From positions 1 to 31,775 of IMG/VR virus record IMGVR_UViG_3300005805_000289: 31,775 bases of DNA, one strand, 5' to 3'. A program made the position numbers and the translations under genes. The stretch is from a virus. Its lineage: Duplodnaviria; Caudoviricetes. Numbering within the stretch: position 1 is the stretch's first letter; the number at the start of each line of letters is the position of its first letter. The notes below the pieces were generated by a model that searched no databases, had not been told where the DNA came from, and saw only the letters and a list, made by a program, of their open reading frames with translations. Shown here in pieces: positions 1 through 7,828 of this stretch.

Positions 1-352
1 AGGTGCTGCTGGCTGGTGGTGGGGTGCGCCTCCTCTCCCTGTCATAGGTGGCGGCCTTGTGGCTGTTGCATTGTCGACAGATCACTCCAAGGTCGTGGTC
101 GACGACGAGGTCGTAGGCGGGGTGGGCCGGTCGGCCTGGATGGTTGGGCATTGTCCAGCCTGGACAGTTGAAGCCGTGAAGGATGATCCACTCGAGGCGG
201 AGTTGTTGGGAGTTATAGCGCCAGTTGCCGGCGTACTCCTCCCTCCTACCCCTGCCCCTCGAGCGCCCCCGTTCATATGCCTGCCGGCATGGTTGGCATG
301 GGGTGGGTGGGGTTACCCATCCCCCACATTTTTCGCATCGTCGAGCTGCCAT
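1..352 (-). CDS. HNH endonuclease, probably packaging-associated; partial, runs off the left edge
   Basis: Not in the ORF track. Hand translation from ATG 352 (RBS AAGGA): MAARRCEKCGGWVTPPTPCQPCRQAYERGR...FNCPGWTMPNHPGRPAHPAYDLVVDHDLGVICRQCNSHKAATYD. DH...CxxCNxxK is an HNH motif; no stop before position 1. On a circular map it would precede terS. Confidence 0.75.
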   Translation of the reverse strand, partial: MAARRCEKCGGWVTPPTPCQPCRQAYERGRSRGRGRREEYAGNWRYNSQQLRLEWIILHGFNCPGWTMPNHPGRPAHPAYDLVVDHDLGVICRQCNSHKAATYDRERRRTPPPASST

Positions 353-369
353 GTTGTGGTCCTTGGGGT

Positions 370-2529
370 TTAGAAGATGGGTGGTGTTTGTGTTGTTTCT
401 GGGGTGGCCTGGGAGCGCGTCCCCCTATAGGGGGGGACGCGTCCCGTTTGGCTCGCTGCTACCGCGTCCCGTTGGGTGTCTTGCGCGTCCCGATTTTGTG
501 GGGCTGTGACGTGGGGTTTTGTTAGCGCGTCCGGCGCGTCCCACTTTTCACCTAGCGCGTCCCGCTGTCGCGTCCCGTCGAGCGCGTCCCGTTCATTTGC
601 AGCGCGTCCGACGCGCTTGTGTGCTTGTGAATTGTCGGTGATGCCGGCGGTGAGTCTCATGTGTTCTTGGCTGGCTGCTGCTTGTTTGCGGAACTTCAAA
701 GCGGTTCGGATGCGGCTGTCTCTCATCTTGTGGCCTGCTTCTCGGACTGCGGTTTTGACGGCGTTGAAGCCGACCTTGTCGGGGAGGTTGAGGGTTTCGA
801 GGAGGTCGGCGTCTTGGCGTGTGCCGTCAGGCCATGCTTGGTCTTGGGCGTCGATGATGTAGTCGTGGCCGTGGTCGGTTTCGATGCGGCTGATTCGTAT
901 GTCTTGGGGGACCCAGGAGAGGCGTGAGTGGGTGCGGTTGAGGCGTACTCCGTCGCCTTTGTTTGTGTTGGTTCGTGAGAGCTGCCAGACGATGTCGACG
1001 TCGTCGGCTTTGGCGCTGCTGCCTCGCATTCCTTTCTCGACGGATTTGCCGGAGTGGTCGGTGCGTAGGACTGCGACGCCTCGGGCTTTGAGGGAGAGTC
1101 CGGTGTGTCGGTAGAAGGCTCGGACTGTGTCGGCTCGGTCTTCGTCGCCTTCGACTGCTCGTCCGAAGGTGTCGACGACTACGAGTTCGGCTTGGGTGCG
1201 GTCAACAAGTTCGAGGAGGGCGCTGGCTCCTGGAATGGTGTCGAGTGGTGGGAGTGATGGGAGGAGGGCGTAGTGGAGTTTTTCGAGGTTGTCTTGGGGT
1301 CCGTAGCCGAGTTCTGTGAGGCGTTCGATGAGGTCGTCTTCTGTCATTTCGTAGTCGAGGTAGAGGACGTTGGTTGGGGTGGCTCGGGTTTGTCCGAGGA
1401 TTCTGGATCCGGTGGCGACTGCTGCGACGATGGCTAGGACGATGGTGGATTTGCCTGCTTTGGCTGGGGCGTAGAGGGCGATGGCACGTCCTTTGGGGAT
1501 GATGGGTTCGGCTAGCCATTCTTCGTCTGGTCGGTCGTCTGTCCAAAGTTTGGTCCAGTCGACGATGTGGGCGAGTTCGATACGGTTCTCGAGGTGTTCG
1601 ATGGTTGGTTCGGTTGGGGTGATGAGTTGGTTTGTGAAGTAGTTGTCGAGGGTTTGGGTTTCTTGTGTGTGAAGGTGGCTGGCTGCTGCTGAGCGGTTGC
1701 CGTTGTGGTGGCGACAGGCGTAATACCCGAAGCGGGAGTAGGAGTCTTCGGGTAGCCAGGGGATGGAGCTGGTGAAGGTGGTGAGGATGTCTCTGCCTTC
1801 ATGGCCGACTGTGGCGGAGATTCCTTCTCGGATGTCTTTGCCTGGTCGGGTCCATTGGGTTTCTCCGGTTGGGAGTGTGGCGGCGAGGGTCCAGCCGTCT
1901 TGTTGGAGGAGTTGAGGCCAGGTGGTTTGTTGGTTGTATCTGGCGGCGATGGAGTCTGTGTCTGACGGCTTCGACAGGTTGGGTGGGGGTTGTGTGGGTT
2001 CTGGTGTTGTGAGGAGCTGTAGAAGCCATTCGGGGGCGTCTGAGATGGTTTGGCAGCCTTGATCCCATTGGTAGGCGTTGCCGTTGGGGTGGATGGTGGG
2101 TGGTGCGACGATTTGTCCGCCTATGCCTCGAATGTCTAAGCCTGGGCCGAGTCGCCTGCCAGCATCGTTTCGAATCTCCAAATGTGGTGGGTAGGTAAAT
2201 AGGAGGTGCCAGCCTCCGGAGCCGGTGATGGACATGAGTGTCTCGGGGAGCCGTCCGTACTGTTGCTCCAGGTCGGCGAGGGTTTCGTCGCCTGCTTTGG
2301 TGTCGGTGATGTCGACGTCGAGGACGAAGATGCCTGTTTCGGGGCCGGTGGCGATACCGATTCCATGGTCTGCATAGGGGCCGGTGAACCATTCGGTGAT
2401 GAGGTCGGGATCGTTGCTGGCAATGTTCTGCCAGTTGGTAAGCGCCGGCCGTTTCTCCCCTGGTCGAATGGGGACGATTCGCCAGCCTTTGGCGGCGTAC
2501 TCGAGTGCTGTCGGGAGCGTGTCGGTCAT
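370..2529 (-). CDS. Bifunctional DNA primase/polymerase fused to a RecA-like/AAA_25 helicase
   Basis: N-terminal Prim-Pol motifs (GWRIVPI..GEKRP, GIGIATG, FVLDVD, TGSGGWHLLF, GLDIRGIGGQIVAPPTIHPNGNAYQW); Walker A APAKAGKST, YLDYEM, Walker B VVVDT, DHSGK...MRGSSA. Confidence 0.9.
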   Translation of the reverse strand: MTDTLPTALEYAAKGWRIVPIRPGEKRPALTNWQNIASNDPDLITEWFTGPYADHGIGIATGPETGIFVLDVDITDTKAGDETLADLEQQYGRLPETLMSITGSGGWHLLFTYPPHLEIRNDAGRRLGPGLDIRGIGGQIVAPPTIHPNGNAYQWDQGCQTISDAPEWLLQLLTTPEPTQPPPNLSKPSDTDSIAARYNQQTTWPQLLQQDGWTLAATLPTGETQWTRPGKDIREGISATVGHEGRDILTTFTSSIPWLPEDSYSRFGYYACRHHNGNRSAAASHLHTQETQTLDNYFTNQLITPTEPTIEHLENRIELAHIVDWTKLWTDDRPDEEWLAEPIIPKGRAIALYAPAKAGKSTIVLAIVAAVATGSRILGQTRATPTNVLYLDYEMTEDDLIERLTELGYGPQDNLEKLHYALLPSLPPLDTIPGASALLELVDRTQAELVVVDTFGRAVEGDEDRADTVRAFYRHTGLSLKARGVAVLRTDHSGKSVEKGMRGSSAKADDVDIVWQLSRTNTNKGDGVRLNRTHSRLSWVPQDIRISRIETDHGHDYIIDAQDQAWPDGTRQDADLLETLNLPDKVGFNAVKTAVREAGHKMRDSRIRTALKFRKQAAASQEHMRLTAGITDNSQAHKRVGRAANERDALDGTRQRDALGEKWDAPDALTKPHVTAPQNRDAQDTQRDAVAASQTGRVPPYRGTRSQATPETTQTPPIF
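416..609. repeat. Ten copies of CGCGTCC plus a CCCCC-TATA-GGGGG inverted repeat; putative replication origin
   Basis: CGCGTCC starts at 416, 438, 463, 484, 526, 535, 556, 569, 583 and 603; inverted repeat cgcgtccccc-tata-gggggggacgcg at 416-441. Lies in the 3' end of the primase-helicase gene. Confidence 0.7.
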
Positions 2530-2723
2530 ATCAGTTTTTGGATTTCTTCGTTGAGGTCTTCGACAGCTGCTGTGAATTCCATCATGTTGGCGACATATTT
2601 GGCGTTGGTTTCACAGAGGTGCTGGATGAGGGCGATGGCGTGGTGGAGGTCTTCGTCGAGGGTGTCAGGGTTGGGCCAGAACCTTTGGTTTTTGAGTGCT
2701 TGGAGTATTTCGTCTGGGGTCAT
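2526..2723 (-). CDS. Hypothetical protein (65 aa, C-terminal coiled coil)
   Basis: ORF track; 4-nt overlap with the primase start; RBS AAAGG. Confidence 0.7.
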   Translation of the reverse strand: MTPDEILQALKNQRFWPNPDTLDEDLHHAIALIQHLCETNAKYVANMMEFTAAVEDLNEEIQKLI

Positions 2724-2726
2724 CGG

Positions 2727-3200
2727 TCAAGCCTTTCTTCTGGTGTGACTCATGTTGGGAGTGACGATTCGGTGCCATTCTCTGTGATGTTCTACACAGA
2801 GCCGGACAGTTCCCCATTCGTCAGAATCTGAGAAAAGATGATTTGGAGCGTAGTGATGAGCTTCTGTGCCAAATTTTCCGCAACGCATACAGAAGCCTTT
2901 TCGTTTGTCGTTGTAAATAGGGCAGGTGTCTGGGTCAATGAAACGATGTGGGAGCGCTTTGGTGTCTTTGTGGCCACACTCGGTACAGAAGGCCTGAACT
3001 TGTCGGAGGGCATTTTCTAACAACAGAGAAAAGAGCGCCCATTTAGAAGCGCCACACTCGGCACACTGAGTTTGAAATGGATTTGTAGAAACTATTGGTG
3101 GCTGATGTTGTTGGATGAGTTGCGTTGTTCTCTCGAGTCGGCGGCGTTTCCTTGCATGGGTTGGGTTCAAGGAGTCGTTCAAATCTTGCCAACTGGTCAT
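2727..3200 (-). CDS. Zinc-ribbon plus HNH-like protein (157 aa)
   Basis: Start re-assigned to ATG 3200 (AAGGAG RBS, ATGA overlap). CAEC and CTEC pairs, then CMRC..EAHH...LCVEHHREWH, an HNH-like signature. Confidence 0.6.
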   Translation of the reverse strand: MTSWQDLNDSLNPTHARKRRRLERTTQLIQQHQPPIVSTNPFQTQCAECGASKWALFSLLLENALRQVQAFCTECGHKDTKALPHRFIDPDTCPIYNDKRKGFCMRCGKFGTEAHHYAPNHLFSDSDEWGTVRLCVEHHREWHRIVTPNMSHTRRKA

Positions 3201-3535
3201 GCTGCTCCTTTGAGGTATGGGTCGAACCATTGCGGCCAGATGGTGTATGGGTGCAAGCCGAGCGCGCACGCTGCTCGGTCGGCTGTGTGGTCTGTGAGTC
3301 CACGATCGGTGGATCGGTGCAGAGTTCGGACAGGGATGCCGGTTCGGACAGACAGTTCTACAAACTCTGTGGTTCCTGCCGCTTCGAACAGTGGTTGGAG
3401 CGGCCAGTAGTGGCCGTTGTTGAGTGGCTGGCCGTTTCGGTCTTTCAGCGCGCGCCGGTATGTTTTGACTGCTTGGCGGCAGGGTTCGCATCGACAGCCA
3501 AATTCGCTGTAGGCGTAGGTGGTTCCGTGTTTCAT
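3197..3535 (-). CDS. Putative DNA-binding protein with HGT..Y..GCRCxxC zinc motif and HTH-like C-terminus
   Basis: Start ATG 3535 (ATGA overlap): [20 protein letters not shown]; ELSVRTGIPVRTLHR and ADRAACALGLHPYTIWP resemble an HTH. Confidence 0.65.
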   Translation of the reverse strand: MKHGTTYAYSEFGCRCEPCRQAVKTYRRALKDRNGQPLNNGHYWPLQPLFEAAGTTEFVELSVRTGIPVRTLHRSTDRGLTDHTADRAACALGLHPYTIWPQWFDPYLKGAA

Positions 3536-3891
3536 CGGCCGTTGATCGTCCACCAGGTGAGGAGTGCTTGGCAGGTGGAGCATTCGGGGCCGTGGTTGTG
3601 TCGGTGCAGTTTCATCAGCTCACGCTCGAGGTTGTTGCCGGCGGTGCGGACAAGGCCGATGTTGGTGGTGGCGATGAAGGTTTCGGGGATGTCGGGGTTG
3701 TGGTTCACAGGGTTTCCTTGTTGGGTGAGTTGCGCGCGCAACCGTTCGATTTCGGTGATGGAGTCGTTGACGAGTCGACGGTAGGGGCCTTTTGCGAGTG
3801 GTTGGGCGTGGCGGAGCCGGTCGAGGATGTCGGGCCGGTCGGTGTCGAATGCTTTTGTGAAGGCGTCGAGTATTTCTCCCATTAGATCCAT
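3532..3891 (-). CDS. Hypothetical protein (C-terminal H/CxxC motif)
   Basis: ORF track; tightly coupled to its neighbours. The start may be 3882 (TAATG overlap). Confidence 0.65.
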   Translation of the reverse strand: MDLMGEILDAFTKAFDTDRPDILDRLRHAQPLAKGPYRRLVNDSITEIERLRAQLTQQGNPVNHNPDIPETFIATTNIGLVRTAGNNLERELMKLHRHNHGPECSTCQALLTWWTINGR

Positions 3892-4439
3892 CCAAACTTT
3901 CTGCTACATCCCGGCCACGCTTTGTAGCCGGATGAGGCCAAGACTTTCTCGGCAATGTCGATTTGCTGTTCTCTCGAGGCGTCCCATGGGTGGGGGGCGT
4001 AGTCGCCTCCACCGAAGGACAGCCAGGTGGAGTAGGAGCGTTGGTGCATGAATTGGAGGCCGCCTCCGAATCCGTTGCCGGTGTTCGCTGCCCAGTTGCC
4101 GCCTGATTCGCATTGAGCCAAACGATCCCATCTGTCTGAATGATCGTTCCGATATTCCGGTCCTAGGGCGTTTTTGCTGACAGTTTGAGGTTGTTTCGGA
4201 ACAATCGCGCTGGTCGTGGTTGTTACGGAATGTAGGAACACTTCAAGCTGGGCGAGTGCTTGGCCGGCGTTTGTGTGGAAGTCATAGCCAAGAACCACAA
4301 CAGGTTCCGGTGGTGGTTGTGTTTCTTGTGCGACGGCTGATTGGGTGCATCGGGAGAAGATGACGGCTGCTGCCAGGAGGAGGATTATGGCGAGGCAGCC
4401 GGCGGCTGTTTCTTTCCAATGCTGTTCGGTTTCATCCAT
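3882..4439 (-). CDS. rpf: Secreted or membrane-anchored resuscitation-promoting factor (Rpf) family transglycosylase
   Basis: C-terminal [27 protein letters not shown]...[34 protein letters not shown] is the Rpf core with catalytic Glu and both Cys. N-terminal hydrophobic stretch [14 protein letters not shown] followed by AVA-QE. Start ATG 4439 has a GAGGA RBS. Confidence 0.92.
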   Translation of the reverse strand: MDETEQHWKETAAGCLAIILLLAAAVIFSRCTQSAVAQETQPPPEPVVVLGYDFHTNAGQALAQLEVFLHSVTTTTSAIVPKQPQTVSKNALGPEYRNDHSDRWDRLAQCESGGNWAANTGNGFGGGLQFMHQRSYSTWLSFGGGDYAPHPWDASREQQIDIAEKVLASSGYKAWPGCSRKFGWI

Positions 4440-4564
4440 TGCGGGTTTCCTCGAGTCTTTCTTGTGCAGCTGCGACAAAGCACTGCCAACACTGGTTGTG
4501 GGGTCGAGTATTCGTTGGCGCATTTTGGGCAGCGCCAGTCCCGATGTTTGTTTGCCGAGTTCAC
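4385..4564 (-). CDS. Small zinc-ribbon protein (59 aa)
   Basis: Below the ORF-track cutoff. GTG 4564 (GTGA overlap): [45 protein letters not shown]...; two CxxC pairs. Confidence 0.65.
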   Translation of the reverse strand: MNSANKHRDWRCPKCANEYSTPQPVLAVLCRSCTRKTRGNPQWMKPNSIGKKQPPAASP

Positions 4565-4770
4565 GTCAGGCTTCGGGAGCGGTCATAGATGGGGAACGGA
4601 ATGTTGTCGGGGTCCCGTCTGGTCCATGCTGCGAGTTTCTGGGCGATCTGGAAGGCGTCGGCGTGGTTGTGTGATGTCGCCAGGGTGATTCGGTCGGCGC
4701 CCATGACGGCTTCGATGAGGAAGAGCTGCCGGTGGTGGTCGGTGCGGATGAGGATGTGTTCTTTGTCCAT
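4561..4770 (-). CDS. Hypothetical protein (69 aa)
   Basis: Start re-assigned to ATG 4770 ([10 protein letters not shown]), just downstream of the hairpin. Confidence 0.65.
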   Translation of the reverse strand: MDKEHILIRTDHHRQLFLIEAVMGADRITLATSHNHADAFQIAQKLAAWTRRDPDNIPFPIYDRSRSLT

Positions 4771-4793
4771 GACAGGTCTTTCGGGTTGGTGAA

Positions 4794-4830
4794 GCAGCCC
4801 CACCACAGGTCGGGTTTGTGGTGGGGCTGC
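4794..4830 (-). terminator. Perfect 14-bp GC-rich hairpin (terminator or processing site)
   Basis: gcagccccaccaca-ggtcgggtt-tgtggtggggctgc, intergenic, 6 nt after the RHH gene stop; no long U-tract. Confidence 0.65.
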
Positions 4831-4836
4831 TACTGG

Positions 4837-4983
4837 TTAGGCGCTCGGCTGGGTGTCTGCCAAATAGGCGTCGAGTGCCCTACGGATGAAGGTGGATCGG
4901 TTCACTCCAAGACGTTTGGCAGCTTCGTCGATTTGGTCGATGAGCTGCTGGTCGAGTTGCGCCCCAATGAGTCGCTTTGCCAT
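4837..4983 (-). CDS. Ribbon-helix-helix (CopG/MetJ/Arc-like) DNA-binding protein (48 aa)
   Basis: Below the cutoff. MAKRLIGAQLDQQLIDQIDEAAKRLGVNRSTFIRRALDAYLADTQPSA fits the RHH pattern; TGATG coupling to the upstream gene. Confidence 0.85.
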   Translation of the reverse strand: MAKRLIGAQLDQQLIDQIDEAAKRLGVNRSTFIRRALDAYLADTQPSA

Positions 4984-5411
4984 CACATCAAGTCATCGGC
5001 GGAAATGCTGGCCGGCTTGGGTGGCTGGTATTGGGCGACATACTTTTTCGCAGGATTCAAACCAACCTTGGTGGGTGGTTCGTCTTCCTGATATTTGACG
5101 GCCAAGATTCCGCCGGCCTCGAGGTTGCAGTCGGCCTTCGTCAAAGCGTCTTTGATGGCGCTGAGCATGAACCCTTTGGCGAAGATACGCGTCTCCTCTT
5201 GGGTGTCCTGGTCGATGCCGGTGAAGACAAACTGCATTTTCGGTTTGCCGTCTGCCCAGGTGATGGGTTCTCCGGTGATGAAGTCGGTTTGCTGCCGTTC
5301 TTCCAAACCGGTGATTTTGATTTTCACCATGTCGCCAATGTTGGGAAACTTGGCGATGTTGCCGCCACCTTTGCGGGTGAGGGCTTCTGCTGCACTGTTG
5401 TCAAATGTCAC
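4983..5411 (-). CDS. Putative single-stranded DNA-binding protein (actinophage type)
   Basis: Start GTG 5411 with AAGGAA RBS. KFPNIGDMVKIKI...QQTDFITGEPITWADGKPKMQ...GGILAVKY...AKKYVAQY pattern, acidic terminus ADDLM; follows the exonuclease. Confidence 0.65.
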   Translation of the reverse strand: MTFDNSAAEALTRKGGGNIAKFPNIGDMVKIKITGLEERQQTDFITGEPITWADGKPKMQFVFTGIDQDTQEETRIFAKGFMLSAIKDALTKADCNLEAGGILAVKYQEDEPPTKVGLNPAKKYVAQYQPPKPASISADDLM

Positions 5412-7024
5412 TGTTGGGTTTCCTTGTCTGTCGGGGAGCCATGTTTTATGGCTGTCACAATGTCGCCTTCCAGTCGACAACCGTTCTCGTCCCACATGGG
5501 GATCAGGTCGAGGTTGTTGATGGCTTGGACGATTCCGAGAGCCGCTTTGGCTTCGGTCTTTCGGAGAGTGCCGAAGGCGTCTCCGAGAGAATGGTGAGGG
5601 ACTTTCTGGGCGGTCGCATTGTCTAGCACCGTCCAAGCCAGCTCGTCATCGCGATGAACAGCTAGGGCGATGATGGCTTGGCAGATCAGGTAGCGGCGTT
5701 CCGCTGGGATGCCTTGTGGGGGTGAGAGTGCGAGGGTTCGGCCACAGGTTTTGGCGTCGTCGAGAATCTTTTTGACCCACTCGAGGGACGCTTCGGGGAG
5801 TTGCGTTGCCTCATCGTTGAGTCGGTTGATGATGTCGGTGTGGATGAGGGTGTCGAGGCCGTCGTTGACTGCCCGACGTCTCGTCGACTTTTTCGGTGGT
5901 TCTGGTGGCGGGTTGAGGTCGGGGAGTGATGCGAAGGGGAGGCCGAGTTCTTTTTCGAGTACGTCGAGGACGCGTGAGATACCGTCGCCCTGGTCGATGG
6001 TGATGGGGTCACCAGATTTCAGGGTTGGATGGTCGTCGGGCCAAGCCTCGGCGAGTTGTTGGGCGTGGCCGTCGACGACAATGGCAGAAATCCGATCTTT
6101 TGTTGCTTTCCGCCATGCTTCGTCCACATAGGTCACTTGTCCCGGCCTCTGACGGCCGTAGAGAGCTGCTGTGGCCTGTTGCGGGGTGAATGGGTGGATG
6201 GGTGTGAGTTTGCGGAGGCGGCGAACCTCGAGGGCTGTGTGCAGTGCTTCTGTGCCGGCTTCTAGATCCAGCCAGTGGAGTTCGGCGAGGCCGGAGCCTG
6301 GCTGACAGTGAATGACAATGCCAGCCGATTTGGAAACCTCTGGCATTGGGTCGCGTACGTCTTCGGAGCCGTCTTTCGCTGGGCCTTGGGTGTAAAGGTT
6401 GGAGGCGTTGGCGTAGATGGAGAGTTGAATGGCGAAACCTAAGCCTCCGTATTTGACTGAGCTACCGGTTTTCAAGTCGGCGATGAAGTTTTCTTCGCCA
6501 TCGGTGAGGAGGAGGTCGAAGGTTCCGGCCACTTCGATTTCATCGTTGACCACAATTCGTTCCGTCATGCCTTCGACGAAGGACAGTCCAGCGTCGGCCA
6601 GTGCCGACAGGACCGCTTCAATGTCTGCCTGATATGGGTCAGGGGCGACGAAGCTTGGGTCTTTGAGTCGGCGTTCGAGTAGGCCGTGGACAGCGGTGCC
6701 AAGATCCCGGCGGACTGTGGCTCCTCCAGCCTCCGACGCGCGCTTCACCAAAGAGTCCAAAGTCTTTTTGTCGTCTTGTGGTGTGGTGGCGACGAGGGCA
6801 ACTAGGTCAGGTCGGAGGCCAAGTCCAATGGCGGTCATTCGGGAGTTCCATGCCATCAGGCTTGAGGAGTCATCCAGAATCTTGGAAATCGTCGTCGCCC
6901 TGGTATAGCCGACGAGTTTGTCTCCTCGAGGTGGGAGGACTTGGTAGCGGCCCCATCGGTCCCGTCGGGTTTCTTGTTGGGGCTGGTTGAGGTTGGTGAG
7001 GGCTTCAGGGTTTAGCGTTGTCAT
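5408..7024 (-). CDS. PD-(D/E)XK exonuclease (RecB/Cas4-like) with long C-terminal extension
   Basis: YTRATTIS, GTAVH, ERIVV...AGTFDLL...IADLKTG...QLSIYAN motifs in the first ~280 aa. Confidence 0.8.
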   Translation of the reverse strand: MTTLNPEALTNLNQPQQETRRDRWGRYQVLPPRGDKLVGYTRATTISKILDDSSSLMAWNSRMTAIGLGLRPDLVALVATTPQDDKKTLDSLVKRASEAGGATVRRDLGTAVHGLLERRLKDPSFVAPDPYQADIEAVLSALADAGLSFVEGMTERIVVNDEIEVAGTFDLLLTDGEENFIADLKTGSSVKYGGLGFAIQLSIYANASNLYTQGPAKDGSEDVRDPMPEVSKSAGIVIHCQPGSGLAELHWLDLEAGTEALHTALEVRRLRKLTPIHPFTPQQATAALYGRQRPGQVTYVDEAWRKATKDRISAIVVDGHAQQLAEAWPDDHPTLKSGDPITIDQGDGISRVLDVLEKELGLPFASLPDLNPPPEPPKKSTRRRAVNDGLDTLIHTDIINRLNDEATQLPEASLEWVKKILDDAKTCGRTLALSPPQGIPAERRYLICQAIIALAVHRDDELAWTVLDNATAQKVPHHSLGDAFGTLRKTEAKAALGIVQAINNLDLIPMWDENGCRLEGDIVTAIKHGSPTDKETQQ

Positions 7025-7049
7025 TTTGGGTTCCTGTCGGGAGGCGGCT

Positions 7050-7277
7050 ATGTGGCCGATTGTGTTGTCTTTGTTTGAAGCGGTAGGTGTGTTTGGTATG
7101 TGGCAGGCCGGTCGGGGCCGATGGTGGGGATGGCTAGTGGTGATGTTGCATTCGTGGCCGTGGGCTTTGTATGCGATCCAAACGAATCAGCCAGGGTTCC
7201 TGTTCATGTTCGGGATGTGGCAGCTGGTGAACGGTTGGAATAGTTGGAAGTGGTTTCAGAATCGCCGAAGCCTGTGA
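7050..7277 (+). CDS. Small 3-TM Trp-rich membrane protein, PnuC-like half transporter
   Basis: ATG 7050 with GGGAGG RBS: MWPIVLSLFEAVGVFGMWQAGRGRWWGWLVVMLHSWPWALYAIQTNQPGFLFMFGMWQLVNGWNSWKW. Fills the gap between two minus-strand genes; the only credible plus-strand gene. Confidence 0.7.
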   Translation: MWPIVLSLFEAVGVFGMWQAGRGRWWGWLVVMLHSWPWALYAIQTNQPGFLFMFGMWQLVNGWNSWKWFQNRRSL

Positions 7278-7280
7278 CAG

Positions 7281-7634
7281 TCACCGTTTGTTCCATTCGG
7301 CTCGGAACCTCGAGTTGCAGCTGCGACAGTCGAGGCATCGACAGCCGGAGGCGTATCGGGTGCGGGTTCCATGCTGAGCGGCTGGGAGTTTGATGCCGTT
7401 CTCGAGGCGGTAGGCACGTCGGTCTTTTTCGTTCATGCCAGCCCATATTCCGAACCGTTCCGGGTTGTAGGTGACGTAGTCACGACATTCGACGATGACT
7501 GGGCAGCTTTGACAGATTGCTTTGGCGAGTTTCATAGAGGTTGTGTCGCCACGGTTGACGAAGAACAGGTTGGTTTTGCCTTTGCACGCTGCTTGTTCTG
7601 TCCAAGCGTCGGCATGGTTGTCCACTGTTGTCAC
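7281..7634 (-). CDS. whiB: WhiB family Fe-S transcription factor with extra C-terminal Cys motif
   Basis: WTEQAACKG...FF...AKAICQSCPVIVEC...FGIWAGMNEKDRR: four Cys plus a GIWAG turn; C-terminal HGTRTRYASGCRCLDC. Confidence 0.93.
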   Translation of the reverse strand: MTTVDNHADAWTEQAACKGKTNLFFVNRGDTTSMKLAKAICQSCPVIVECRDYVTYNPERFGIWAGMNEKDRRAYRLENGIKLPAAQHGTRTRYASGCRCLDCRSCNSRFRAEWNKR

Positions 7635-7828
7635 TCGTAGAAGCCGTACTGTTTCAGGGTGGCGTTTTCGGCTTTCAGATTGGCGATTCGTGCTTCAAGT
7701 TCCCGGATCTTTTCAAGCTGCTGGGCGATGATGTCAGCAGCGTCGAGGACCAGCTCGAGGTCGAGTTGGTCGGTTTCGATGAGTGACGTGAGCTGCTGAC
7801 AGAACATGATGACGTTTGTGTCGGTCAT
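7631..7828 (-). CDS. Hypothetical coiled-coil protein (65 aa)
   Basis: ATG 7828 (AAGGAG RBS, ATGA overlap): MTDTNVIMFCQQ...IRELEARIANLKAENATLK. Confidence 0.7.
   Translation of the reverse strand: MTDTNVIMFCQQLTSLIETDQLDLELVLDAADIIAQQLEKIRELEARIANLKAENATLKQYGFYE

Noticed and set aside
300-326. Small G/C hairpin as a terminator after the primase
   Set aside because: It is imperfect and lies inside the HNH coding sequence (GGWVTPPTP codons).
5408-7024. Cas4 as part of a CRISPR-Cas system
   Set aside because: No cas1/cas2 or array, and no evident four-Cys Fe-S set. Context beside an SSB fits a phage recombination exonuclease.
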